Translations under genes and position numbers: made by a program
Origin: an uncultured Pseudomonadota bacterium
Lineage (GTDB): Bacteria; Pseudomonadota; Alphaproteobacteria; Rs-D84
DNA: 64,000 bases
Reading direction: 5' to 3'
Assembly (NCBI GenBank): GCA_902793435.1
Contig: CADBDF010000002.1
Coordinates: 71,623 to 135,622 of the forward strand
In this document: positions 28,091 to 37,237 of the stretch, one piece after another
How positions within the stretch are numbered: the first letter of the stretch is position 1
Layout: every line of letters starts with the position of its first letter
The notes under the pieces: model-generated
Told to the model about the DNA's origin: nothing
The model's input: only the letters and a program-made list of their open reading frames with translations
Databases searched by the model: none

Positions 28091-28263
28091 GGTTCTGTGG
28101 CGATGGGCGGTACCATAGGCAAATGTAAATTTGCCCGGTTCGAAAACAAGTAGATTTCAAAAGCACCGCGCATTGAAATCGTTACGGTTTCCCCGCAGGG
28201 CGAAAGCCCGATGGAAAGTTTGGTTTTGGAAAATTGTAAATTTCTAGTATTTTTGAACTTTTG

Positions 28264-28272
28264 TGGTATAAT
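28264..28272 (+). promoter_or_regulatory. Extended -10 promoter element (TGgTATAAT)
   Basis: The sequence tgtggtataat lies upstream of 28299, with RBS gggagaaaag. Confidence 0.4.
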
Positions 28273-28298
28273 ATGTTAAATGGGCAGGGAGAAAAGTA

Positions 28299-29195
28299 AT
28301 GTTTCGTTTTATTAAATCGTTATTTGTTAAACCAAAGAAACGCAAAAATGGTGTTTCTGTGAAAGATTTTTACAATGAATCTGCAGAAAAAGAATTCACA
28401 CGAACGACAAAAAATGCGGCGCATATGTTGGAATTTCAAACTACAGAGTTTTTTTATAAAAAATATCTTAAAAAAGGCATGAAGATTTTGGATGCCGGTG
28501 GTGGGCCTGGGCGATATACAGTCGATTTGGCGAAACAAGGATATCATATGACTTTGTTAGACATTTCGGATAAAGAATTAGAAGTCGCCAAACGAAAAAT
28601 TAAACAACATCGTGTTGGTAATTTTGTCGATTCTGTAGATTTGGGTTCCATTACAGATTTGCCATATAAAGACAATTCGTTTGATATGGTTTTATGCATT
28701 GGCGGACCATTATCACATTTGCGTACAGAAGATGAACGCAAAAAAGCAATCAGAGAATTGGTTCGCGTTGCTAAACCTGGGGCAACCATATTTATATCTG
28801 TGATGGCACGACCAGCGGTATTGAATTTATGTGTCAAAGATTTTAAAGAATATTTAAAATCATATGGATATAAAAGCGAAAAAGATTTTTGGAACGAAAC
28901 AAACATACTGACACAGACAGGTGATGATAATTGGTTTGTGGGGTGTTCCTATGCACATTTTTATTGGCCAAGTGAACTGAAAGACTTGGTATTAAAAACC
29001 GCTAAAAACACAAAATTGTTGCATCAGGTTGCTCTTGAATGGCCGAACCAAAATACACATAAAGAATTTAATGAAATCGCAAAAAATAAAAAACAATATA
29101 AGAAATGGTTAGATTTACATTTTTCAATTTGTGACCATCCAGATATGCTGTCTTTAAGTGCACATATAATGATTGTTATTCAAAAGAAAAAATAA
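28299..29195 (+). CDS. Class I SAM-dependent methyltransferase
   Basis: Motif I is KILDAGGGPGRYTVDLA. LLDIS and a post-I acidic residue are present. Confidence 0.8.
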   Translation: MFRFIKSLFVKPKKRKNGVSVKDFYNESAEKEFTRTTKNAAHMLEFQTTEFFYKKYLKKGMKILDAGGGPGRYTVDLAKQGYHMTLLDISDKELEVAKRKIKQHRVGNFVDSVDLGSITDLPYKDNSFDMVLCIGGPLSHLRTEDERKKAIRELVRVAKPGATIFISVMARPAVLNLCVKDFKEYLKSYGYKSEKDFWNETNILTQTGDDNWFVGCSYAHFYWPSELKDLVLKTAKNTKLLHQVALEWPNQNTHKEFNEIAKNKKQYKKWLDLHFSICDHPDMLSLSAHIMIVIQKKK

Positions 29196-29242
29196 GATTA
29201 TCGATGTAAATTATGTAATCTTAATTTCTCTTTCGCATTATC

Positions 29243-29337
29243 AATCTCTCGCCCGATTTCCAATAATTTGGCTCGCGAACTGCACAGATAGCCCAACCAA
29301 GATAGACAAACTCGCCGATAAAGGCGGGTTTTATTTT
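29243..29337 (+). repeat. Copy 1 of a ~60-nt conserved element fused to an intrinsic terminator (candidate sRNA or 3' UTR element)
   Basis: The core aatctctcgcc...aatttggctcgcgaactgcacaga.agc.caacca is shared with 29760-29847 and ends in a hairpin plus T-run. Confidence 0.4.
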
Positions 29338-29411
29338 GTTTCGTAATACTTTTATAGGGTTCGAATGTTAAAATAAAAAATGTCAAAAAATTGGTGTTTT
29401 CGAACTTTTTG

Positions 29412-29420
29412 TGATATAAT
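29412..29420 (+). promoter_or_regulatory. Extended -10 promoter element (TGaTATAAT)
   Basis: The sequence gtgatataat lies inside the 5' part of the listed ORF, which supports the GTG start at 29440. Confidence 0.4.
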
Positions 29421-29439
29421 TCTCATAAAAAGGATTTTT

Positions 29440-29733
29440 GTGAAAGAAACGATTGCCATAGGGCTGTTATCCGTTTATACCATTTTAGAATTTGTGGCTT
29501 ATATACCACAGATAGTAAAAATATTAAAAACAAAACATGCAGACGATTTAAGTTTGTTGTCTTGGTTCGTTTGGATTACCACAGATTTGTCTTATTTGGG
29601 GTATGTGCTGTTGGAAACACCGCAATTTGGTGTTGTATTTATTGCTTTGTTGGATTTGTTTTTTATTATAAGTGTGTTTGTATTAACCATGTATTATCAA
29701 AAACATAATAAACGTAAGAAAGTTCGTCGTTAA
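29440..29733 (+). CDS. SemiSWEET / PQ-loop family small transporter
   Basis: The PQ motif FVAYIPQIVKILKTK is present with three TM helices in ~97 aa. The GTG start follows RBS aaaagga. Confidence 0.7.
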   Translation: MKETIAIGLLSVYTILEFVAYIPQIVKILKTKHADDLSLLSWFVWITTDLSYLGYVLLETPQFGVVFIALLDLFFIISVFVLTMYYQKHNKRKKVRR

Positions 29734-29759
29734 CACAAATATACTAACTTTAACTTATT

Positions 29760-29847
29760 AATCTCTCGCCAAATCTCAACCAATTTGGCTCGCGAACTGC
29801 ACAGACAGCACAACCATAGTTTCCAATCGCCCAAAGTGGCGTTTTTT
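29760..29847 (+). repeat. Copy 2 of the conserved element fused to an intrinsic terminator
   Basis: It has the same core as 29243-29337. It contains the hairpin gccaaat/atttggc and the terminator cgcc-caaagt-ggcg followed by tttttt. Confidence 0.4.
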
Positions 29848-30946
29848 ATGCGGCTTTTTTGATACCAGATTTTACATCGCGAATATATTTTCTTAAATCA
29901 TTAATTGGAACCAATGTGCCATCACGTTTCTGTGCCGACCAATAATCCCAACCGTTAAAACTGACACTGTGTTGCATTTTTGCCGCCATTACATGAATAG
30001 ATGCCTTGCCATACAGAGTGTGTGCTAATTGCGCGTCGTGTGTAATCATGACGCGTTCGCCACGCGGACTGACCAATGTTTGTCCAACGTATAATAATCC
30101 CGCATCGATAAGTTCGCGGAAAGCAACACGAATTTCTTCGCGTTTTGGTTTTGTGACCTCTATATCCGTTAAATCAATTGGTGTGACATCTGCCACGCGT
30201 TTTCGTGCCGCATTGACGTATGTTTCTTCGCGGTCAATGCCGATAAATTGACGTCCCAATTCTTTGGCTGCGGCGGCGGTTGTGCCAGACCCCACAAATG
30301 GGTCCAAAATAATGTCGCCTGGTTTTGTCGAAGATAAAATTACACGATGCAACAAAGATAATGGTTTTTGTGTGTTATGCAAACTTTTTCCATTTTCATC
30401 TTTGATACGTTCGTGGCCCAAACAGATGTCCAGGTTCCAATCAGAACGCATTTGTTTGCCACCGTTTAATTTCTTCATCGTTTCATAGTTAAATGTGTAT
30501 TTTCCTGTTTTGGTTGGTGTTGCCCAAATCAATGTTTCGTGCGCATTTGTAAAACGTGTGCCACGAAAGTTTGGCATTGGGTTTGTTTTTACCCACACAA
30601 TATCGTTCAAAATCCAAAAACCCAGTTCTTGCATAATTGCACCGATTTGAAAAATATTGTGGTATGAACCAATCGCCCACATTGCACCGGTTGGTTTTAA
30701 AATTCTTTTACATTCACGCAACCAGTCCCGACAAAAATCGTTGTATGCAGCGGGACTTTCAAAAGAATCCCATTCGTCACGCACCGCGCGTGCGGCGGTT
30801 TGGTCTTCGGGGCGATATAATGTTTTTTCACCCAATTGCAAGTTGTATGGGGAATCTGCAAAAATCGCATCCACAGACGCGTCGGGCATTTTGCGCATTA
30901 TTTCAATACAATCGCCAGATAAAATTTGATTTAAAAATTTATCCAT
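29846..30946 (-). CDS. ccrM: CcrM-type N6-adenine DNA methyltransferase (GANTC specificity inferred by family)
   Basis: It is collinear with Caulobacter CcrM: DSPYNLQL (motif IV), WAIGSYHNIFQIGAIMQELGFWILNDIVWVKTNPMPNFRGTRFTNAHETLIWA, ILDPFVGSGTTAAAAKELGRQFIGIDRE, and a CcrM-like C-terminal domain. Confidence 0.9.
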   Translation of the reverse strand: MDKFLNQILSGDCIEIMRKMPDASVDAIFADSPYNLQLGEKTLYRPEDQTAARAVRDEWDSFESPAAYNDFCRDWLRECKRILKPTGAMWAIGSYHNIFQIGAIMQELGFWILNDIVWVKTNPMPNFRGTRFTNAHETLIWATPTKTGKYTFNYETMKKLNGGKQMRSDWNLDICLGHERIKDENGKSLHNTQKPLSLLHRVILSSTKPGDIILDPFVGSGTTAAAAKELGRQFIGIDREETYVNAARKRVADVTPIDLTDIEVTKPKREEIRVAFRELIDAGLLYVGQTLVSPRGERVMITHDAQLAHTLYGKASIHVMAAKMQHSVSFNGWDYWSAQKRDGTLVPINDLRKYIRDVKSGIKKAA

Positions 30947-31124
30947 CTCTCTCTATGGTCGTACTTGTTGAATATATTTTATCATATTTTTGGGTAAAAT
31001 TTTTTGTGGTTTTCGAAAAAAAATAAATAAAAAGTCTTGATTTTTTTAGAAAAAGCATTTTTTCCAAAATTTATGCAAAAAATTATTCTTTACACCCGTC
31101 CTTTTCATTGCTAAATTTACGTGT

Positions 31125-31625
31125 ATGAGATGCCCATATTGTAGTTCTACGGATAGTCGTGTGTTGGATTCGCGCCCTGATATCGAAGACGCGATAATTC
31201 GTCGTCGTCGTGTTTGTAATCAGTGTGGCGCGCGATTTACAACGGTTGAACGCGTCCAAATGCGTGATTTGATGGTGAAAAAAAATAGTGGTAAATTGGA
31301 ACCTTTTGACAGGGAAAAATTAGCGCGCAGTATTAAGTTGGCATGTCGTAATCGTGATGTGGGTGATGATCAAATTGAAAAATTGGTGACATCTATTCAT
31401 CGTCGATTGGAAACAGAAAATGCTGATGAAACGGTGACATCGGCGGCGGTTGGACAAATGGTTTCTGATTCTTTGTTGAATTTGGACCCAATCGCGTTTG
31501 TGCGGTTTGTGTCGGTATATCGTAAATTTTCAAAAATTGCAGATTTTAAAAAAATTATTGACCAGATTCCCGAAGATGATGATAATGCCGTTGTTTGTAA
31601 ATTACCAAAGACTTCGTTGTTTTAA
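31125..31625 (+). CDS. nrdR: Transcriptional repressor NrdR
   Basis: MRCPYCSSTDSRVLDSR...RRRRVCNQCGARFTTVE is the zinc ribbon, and an ATP-cone follows. Confidence 0.9.
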   Translation: MRCPYCSSTDSRVLDSRPDIEDAIIRRRRVCNQCGARFTTVERVQMRDLMVKKNSGKLEPFDREKLARSIKLACRNRDVGDDQIEKLVTSIHRRLETENADETVTSAAVGQMVSDSLLNLDPIAFVRFVSVYRKFSKIADFKKIIDQIPEDDDNAVVCKLPKTSLF

Positions 31626-31627
31626 TC

Positions 31628-33352
31628 ATGAAAAAAATATTTGCAATTTTTATAGGTTTGTTTTTTACCAGTGCTGTGTGGGCTGCGCCGGTGTTGGATA
31701 TTTTGACCGATGCAGATGTGCAAACATATCAACAAATTTTTATGTTGCAAGATAAAGAAAAAATTGATTCTGCAAAAAAGTTAGAGGCAAAAATTAAAGA
31801 TAAGATCTTGATGAACGAGGTTTTATACCAACGTTTCTTTTCGCGGACATATCGCACACGTGCGTTGGAAATGACGAATTGGATGAATAAATATTATGAT
31901 ATGCCGGGTGCGGAACGTGTTGCCAAAATGGCAAAAATTAAGAAAGTTAGTGTAAAAAAGCCTGTTGTATATGCGTCTGTGACGGCAAAAACAAATGGCG
32001 AAACCGCCCAGAGTGAAACATGGACAACAAAAACATATTCTAAAAATATTGATAAAAAGATTACCGCATTTCGTCGTGCAATTCGCAGTGGTTCGACAAA
32101 ACGCGCACGTAATATATTGGAAGATAAAAGTTTTAAAAAGGCTTTGACATCGGTTGATTATGGACGGCTTGCTGGACGGTTGTCTTATATTTATTACACA
32201 AATGGCGAATTAGAATTGGCAAAAAAATGGGGCTTTGTTGCCGCCGATGCAAACAGCGAGTATGGTTTATGGACCATGGGGTTGCTGTATTATAAAGAGG
32301 CCAAATACGCAGAATCTGAAAAATATTTCAGTAAAATTTTAGATTTAAAACAAATTAATGATGCCCGTAAAATAGAGGCTGCATTTTGGGCGGGTCGTGC
32401 GGCGGACGCAAATGATGATATGGACGGTGCAAAAAAGTATTGGGAAATTGGGGCGCAACACCCAATGGCTTTTTATGGCGCGTTGTCTGCAACTATGTTA
32501 GGGCGGACACCAGAATACGAATTTTTTGAACAAGATTGCACCGATGAAGATATTGCGACTTTGCGTGAATCAAAATTGGGACGGGTTGCGCTGGCTTTGA
32601 TTCAGGTGGGACAAAAACAACGTGCAGAACAATATTTAAAATCTATGATTACATCGCGTGCAAATGATAAAACTTTGCATGCGATAAATGCTGTGGCAAC
32701 AGCATATGGTTTGCCACGTATTGCAATTCAAATTTCTGGTGTTGTTCGTGACAGGGGAATATTGGAAATTGATGATGATATTATTTATTCTGCACAATAT
32801 CCATTGCCAGATTGGGAACCAATGGGTGGTTGGTCGATTGACAGGGCTTTGTTATTCGCAATTACCAAACAAGAAAGCGGTTTTCGTACGACTGCAAAGT
32901 CGGGTGTTGGTGCAAATGGTGTTATGCAGTTAATGCCAGGAACGGCAAAATTGGTGGCGCATAAAAATAATGTGAAATGGTCGAATATTGATATGTCTAA
33001 ACCGGAACATAATATGTTCTTGGGGCAGCAATATATTGTAGATTTGTTGCAACAGCCAATTATTGATAACAGTATTATAAAAATGCTGGCGGCATATAAT
33101 GCGGGGATTGGTAATGTGCAAAAATTTGAAAAGACATTTAATACGTATGACCCATTGTTGTATATCGAAAGTTTCCCGGCATATGAAACGCGCGGCTATA
33201 TTAAACGTGTGTTATCGAATTTATGGTTATATCGTGCGCGTTTAAATCAACCATTAACATCTATGCAGGAATTGGCAAATGGTCAATGGCCGTTGTACAC
33301 AAATGAAGATGAATATGTGCAGCAGCAAATTGAAAATCGTATGTCGATTTAA
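31628..33352 (+). CDS. Soluble lytic murein transglycosylase (SLT domain)
   Basis: A signal peptide is present. The superhelical N-terminal region is followed by ITKQESGFRTTAKSGVGANGVMQLMPGTA...AAYNAG. Confidence 0.8.
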   Translation: MKKIFAIFIGLFFTSAVWAAPVLDILTDADVQTYQQIFMLQDKEKIDSAKKLEAKIKDKILMNEVLYQRFFSRTYRTRALEMTNWMNKYYDMPGAERVAKMAKIKKVSVKKPVVYASVTAKTNGETAQSETWTTKTYSKNIDKKITAFRRAIRSGSTKRARNILEDKSFKKALTSVDYGRLAGRLSYIYYTNGELELAKKWGFVAADANSEYGLWTMGLLYYKEAKYAESEKYFSKILDLKQINDARKIEAAFWAGRAADANDDMDGAKKYWEIGAQHPMAFYGALSATMLGRTPEYEFFEQDCTDEDIATLRESKLGRVALALIQVGQKQRAEQYLKSMITSRANDKTLHAINAVATAYGLPRIAIQISGVVRDRGILEIDDDIIYSAQYPLPDWEPMGGWSIDRALLFAITKQESGFRTTAKSGVGANGVMQLMPGTAKLVAHKNNVKWSNIDMSKPEHNMFLGQQYIVDLLQQPIIDNSIIKMLAAYNAGIGNVQKFEKTFNTYDPLLYIESFPAYETRGYIKRVLSNLWLYRARLNQPLTSMQELANGQWPLYTNEDEYVQQQIENRMSI

Positions 33353-33850
33353 CTATCTTTGATATTTCATCAAAATATGATGAATCGTTTTTTTAATTGT
33401 TTCGGGGGTTGGTTCGGTTTCTGTTCCTTTTGGAATTTCGTTGCGAAATGTTGTTGCAATGTTATGCAATGTATTGGGCGTTGATTTGTTAATCAAATTT
33501 TTTAATTCATTATATTGTTGTATTTGATTTTGATATTCTGTTTTGTATTCTTGGGCAATTTTGCCGTCTTTGAATCCCAAATGTGCAAATAATAATATAA
33601 ATGGCAAATATAAAATTGCGGTCGTTTTGTTGTTGTGGTGTTGCATTTGGTGAATTGCAGACAAAGAGTCATATATTGCGCATGCATGAAACCACCATTG
33701 CAAAAATGTATATAAATTTTTGTGGCGTTTTATATCTTTAATCAATGCTAATTCGTATGCGAGCAGTTCAACAATGTCATCTTTATCTTGGGACAGGTGT
33801 TGGACAGACTTACATAAATCAAATATTTCTTTATGAAGATTAAAGCGCAT
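33353..33850 (-). CDS. Hypothetical protein
   Basis: This is a 165-aa ORF with no recognised family. Confidence 0.45.
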   Translation of the reverse strand: MRFNLHKEIFDLCKSVQHLSQDKDDIVELLAYELALIKDIKRHKNLYTFLQWWFHACAIYDSLSAIHQMQHHNNKTTAILYLPFILLFAHLGFKDGKIAQEYKTEYQNQIQQYNELKNLINKSTPNTLHNIATTFRNEIPKGTETEPTPETIKKTIHHILMKYQR

Positions 33851-33876
33851 TTTTTACATTCCTGGATTATTGCGAG

Positions 33877-34296
33877 TTATTTTTGTTTATAATTTTGATT
33901 ACGAACAATTTCGGCGATTTCATGTAATTGTTCAGGTAATGCACAATTGACCGCGTTTTCAATATTTTGAATTTCTGTGTTTATTTGTTGTTCTGTGTTG
34001 GCGTATGATTTGGCTGAATTTGCTGCGTTAAAAGCTAATAATGCGCCAATGGTTAATAAACCTGTGTTGAATCCAGACATAATATATCTTTGGTTGTATG
34101 CATCGATTATTGCCATTACACCAAAGGTTATGCCAACGGCATGTTCAAATCCAGATAATAAGTACCAAGCGTTTTTATGACGTTTGGCAGATTTTTTTTG
34201 TTTTTTTAATGGTGTTAATAACATTGTATTAATATCATATATGTCGCGTTGCGCCATTTGTAATGTTTCGGGAAAAGGTAAATTGTTAATGTACAT
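33877..34296 (-). CDS. Hypothetical membrane protein
   Basis: The start is placed at ATG 34296 (MYINNLPF...). The listed longer form begins at a TTG and overlaps an RBS-preceded small ORF. Confidence 0.4.
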   Translation of the reverse strand: MYINNLPFPETLQMAQRDIYDINTMLLTPLKKQKKSAKRHKNAWYLLSGFEHAVGITFGVMAIIDAYNQRYIMSGFNTGLLTIGALLAFNAANSAKSYANTEQQINTEIQNIENAVNCALPEQLHEIAEIVRNQNYKQK

Positions 34297-34315
34297 AGTT
34301 ATTTTTTTATTTAAA

Positions 34316-34477
34316 TTAAAACCCCAAAGAACCGCGCATTGTTTCCAGTTGTCTGGCATGTATAATTTGTTCCATTTGTTTTGCAAAATTAATAATAGCA
34401 GTTTTTGGGTTGTTGGTTGCCTGTTGTACTTGTTTTGTTGTTGCGATGGCTTGTTGAATGTGTTGATTTTCTGGCAT
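34316..34477 (-). CDS. Small ORF (53 aa), translationally coupled; not in the supplied track
   Basis: The product is MPENQHIQQAIATTKQVQQATNNPKTAIINFAKQMEQIIHARQLETMRGSLGF. The RBS aaggaa overlaps the stop of the upstream 66-aa gene. Confidence 0.35.
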   Translation of the reverse strand: MPENQHIQQAIATTKQVQQATNNPKTAIINFAKQMEQIIHARQLETMRGSLGF

Positions 34478-34478
34478 T

Positions 34479-34679
34479 TTATTTTCCTTTGGTTAATTTG
34501 TAATAATGAATTGCGCGTTGTGCGGTTAATGCAACAATTGCGCCATTTATTATGATGTCGCTAAATGCGTTATATCCGTTTTGTGTTGTTATAATTGCAT
34601 TGATTGTACGGCCAGCGAACATGCCGTTTAGCAGGATATAACCCAATAATAAAATTTTTTCTATGTTTTCTTTGTTCAT
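34479..34679 (-). CDS. Small membrane protein, hypothetical
   Basis: This is a 66-aa ORF with two hydrophobic helices. Confidence 0.4.
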   Translation of the reverse strand: MNKENIEKILLLGYILLNGMFAGRTINAIITTQNGYNAFSDIIINGAIVALTAQRAIHYYKLTKGK

Positions 34680-34759
34680 AAGAGTTATTTTTGCACAAGA
34701 ATTTGGTTTGTCAAGTGTAAAATGTTTTGATTTTACGGAAAAAATGCTATGATAATGTT

Positions 34760-35392
34760 ATGAAAACGAACCCAAATTTTGATTTTGAATATGAAACTGG
34801 TGGTATTGTTGCCGGTGTTGATGAGGCAGGTCGGGGACCATTATGTGGTCCGGTGGTTGCGGGCGCGGTGATTTTTGTGGATAAAAATATTGAAATTCCG
34901 GTGGTTATACGTGATTCTAAACAAATGACTGCAGCTCAGCGTGATTTGGCATACGATTGGATAACGAATAATACAATTTGGGCGGTGGGTATGTGTAGCC
35001 CGGCGGAAATAGACGAATTAAATATATTGTGGGCATCAATGCGGGCGATGGAAAGGGCAGTGGATGCCTTGGCGTTGCAACCAAATTTTTGCCTGATTGA
35101 TGGAAATAGGGTTCCAAAAAACCTGAACGGGCGTGCGGTGGTCAAAGGTGACGCAAAATCATTATCTATTGCGGCGGCGTCCATTATCGCAAAGGTGACG
35201 CGTGACCGTTTAATGCATGATTTGGCGCAAAAATATCCCGAATACGGATGGGAAAAAAACGCCGGTTATCCAACGCCGGAACACTTGCGTGCGATAGAAA
35301 AATATGGTATAAATGAACATTATAGAAAGTCTTTTGGACCGGTAAAAAAGATTTTGGAAAGGGGTAATGATAATGAAACTTCGTGTGGTTGA
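34760..35392 (+). CDS. rnhB: Ribonuclease HII
   Basis: VAGVDEAGRGPLCGPVVAGAV and DSKQMT...ASIIAKVTRD are RNase HII motifs. The start is taken at the first ATG because the listed start is a TTG. Confidence 0.85.
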   Translation: MKTNPNFDFEYETGGIVAGVDEAGRGPLCGPVVAGAVIFVDKNIEIPVVIRDSKQMTAAQRDLAYDWITNNTIWAVGMCSPAEIDELNILWASMRAMERAVDALALQPNFCLIDGNRVPKNLNGRAVVKGDAKSLSIAAASIIAKVTRDRLMHDLAQKYPEYGWEKNAGYPTPEHLRAIEKYGINEHYRKSFGPVKKILERGNDNETSCG

Positions 35393-36539
35393 TTATGGTG
35401 AGTTAAGCGGTAAAAATGTTTTGCTGCGGGTGGATTTTAATGTCCAGATTGAAAATGGAAAAATATTAGATGCTTTCCGGATTGAGCAAACCTTGCCAAC
35501 CATAAAAAAACTGCGCGATGCGGGTGCGCGTGTTGCGATTTGTGCGCATTTGGGTCGTCCAAAGGGCAAGGTTGATCTTGCTTTGTCTTTGCGGCCGATT
35601 GCGGAATACATGAAAATTCCATTTATTGACGATTGCTTAAATCGTGAATTTTTGGCAAAAATGCATGATGGCGACGTTGTGTTATTGGAAAATGTTCGGT
35701 TCTATGCGGGTGAAGAAGAAAATAATTTGGACTTCGCGGCACATTTGGCGGATGGGTTCGATATATTTATCAATGATGCCTTTGCGGTGGCACACAGGGC
35801 AGCGGCATCGACAGTTGGTGTGACAAGATTTTTGCCGGCATATGCGGGCGATTTATTGGTGCATGAGGTTGATAATATCTCGCAATTTTTGAATGAACCC
35901 AAACGTCCTATGCTGGCGATTGTTGGTGGTGCAAAAGTATCCTCTAAAATTGGCGTGTTGAAAACTTTGTGCAAATTGGCGGATACAGTTATTGTTGGTG
36001 GTGCGATTGGTACGACGTTTAACTATGCATGTGGGAATCCCGTTGGAAATTCTTTGTATGAACCTGATATGGCGGCGACCGCCCGTGAAATTATGGATAT
36101 TGCGGCAAAATCAGGGTGTAAATTTTTGATGCCGTTGGATAAAGGTGTCGGACCGAAATTTGAACGGTCGGCCCCACGCACTAATAAGTTTATTGATGAA
36201 ATTGCAGATACAGATGTGATTATCGATGACGGGCTGGACACAACGGCACGTAATGTGTTGGAGATTGACGATGCGGCGACTGTTTTATGGAATGGAACGG
36301 TTGGTATGGCAGAGTGGGGCGATGTATGGGGGTATTCTTCGTTTGCCATTGCGCGTGAGATTGCAAAACGGACACATGCCGGTAAATTGATTAGCGTTGT
36401 CGGTGGTGGTGAAACGGTTGCGTGTTTGGATTCTGTGGGGGTGCGTGATGATATAACCTATGTTTCGACCGGTGGTGGTGCATTTTTGGAATTTATTGAA
36501 AGAAAAACACTTCCTGCGATTGAAGTTTTAGTCGCCTAA
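35367..36539 (+). CDS. pgk: Phosphoglycerate kinase
   Basis: LLRVDFNVQ, HLGRPKG and VSTGGGAFLEF are PGK motifs. It overlaps the rnhB 3' end by 26 nt. Confidence 0.9.
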   Translation: MIMKLRVVDYGELSGKNVLLRVDFNVQIENGKILDAFRIEQTLPTIKKLRDAGARVAICAHLGRPKGKVDLALSLRPIAEYMKIPFIDDCLNREFLAKMHDGDVVLLENVRFYAGEEENNLDFAAHLADGFDIFINDAFAVAHRAAASTVGVTRFLPAYAGDLLVHEVDNISQFLNEPKRPMLAIVGGAKVSSKIGVLKTLCKLADTVIVGGAIGTTFNYACGNPVGNSLYEPDMAATAREIMDIAAKSGCKFLMPLDKGVGPKFERSAPRTNKFIDEIADTDVIIDDGLDTTARNVLEIDDAATVLWNGTVGMAEWGDVWGYSSFAIAREIAKRTHAGKLISVVGGGETVACLDSVGVRDDITYVSTGGGAFLEFIERKTLPAIEVLVA

Positions 36540-36585
36540 ACTATATAAAAAAAGTGCCGGAAAATTTGCGAACTGCTTTTTTTTG

Positions 36586-36594
36586 TGCTATAAT
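36586..36594 (+). promoter_or_regulatory. Extended -10 promoter element (TGcTATAAT)
   Basis: The sequence tgtgctataat lies upstream of clpP. Confidence 0.4.
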
Positions 36595-36631
36595 TAAGTG
36601 AATTTAACGATTTTTACAAAAGGGTTATATT

Positions 36632-37213
36632 ATGTCTTTGATACCTATGGTTATAGAAGAATCGCCACGTGGTGAGCGGTCTTTTGATATTTATTCACGT
36701 TTATTGCGTGACAGAATTATTATGGTGACGGGCGAAATAGAAACAAATATGGCAAATATTATTGTTGCCCAGTTGTTGTTGTTGGAATCCGAAAATCCAA
36801 ATGCTGATATTTCGATGTATATTAATTCACCTGGGGGTGATGTGTCTGCAGGAGAAGCTATTTTGGATACTATGCAATATATCAAGGCGCCAGTTTCGAC
36901 AATTGGTATGGGGTTGGTTGCATCTATGGCGTCTGTATTATTGGCGGCAGGTGAAAAAGGTAAACGTTTTTCTTTGCCGAATACCAGTATTATGATTCAT
37001 CAGCCAATGGCCGGTACCCAAGGACAAGTAACGGATATGGAAATTCATGTTGCAAAATTTAAAAAGACAAAAGAAAAGTTGATTAAACAAATGGCTGAAT
37101 TTACAGGACGTAAAGAAAAGGAACTATTTACTGCGATGGAACGTGATAATTGGATGGATCCAAATGCTGCCAAAGATTTCGGTTTGATTGACGGTGTGTT
37201 GGTTCGTAAATAA
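36632..37213 (+). CDS. clpP: ATP-dependent Clp protease proteolytic subunit
   Basis: [22 protein letters not shown], the active-site region [11 protein letters not shown] and IMIHQP are ClpP motifs. Confidence 0.95.
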   Translation: MSLIPMVIEESPRGERSFDIYSRLLRDRIIMVTGEIETNMANIIVAQLLLLESENPNADISMYINSPGGDVSAGEAILDTMQYIKAPVSTIGMGLVASMASVLLAAGEKGKRFSLPNTSIMIHQPMAGTQGQVTDMEIHVAKFKKTKEKLIKQMAEFTGRKEKELFTAMERDNWMDPNAAKDFGLIDGVLVRK

Positions 37214-37237
37214 TTTTTTAATGGGGATTAAAGAGAT

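Noticed and set aside
27964-28173. A 69-aa minus-strand ORF.
   Set aside because: It overlaps tRNA-Gln and its terminator on the opposite strand, so the tRNA explains the sequence.
29243-29847. The sibling repeats flanking the SemiSWEET gene as integron attC sites.
   Set aside because: There is no integron integrase and no conserved GTTRRRY/RYYYAAC core pair that I can see, and only one cassette-like gene lies between them. This is kept only as an alternative explanation in the corresponding finding.
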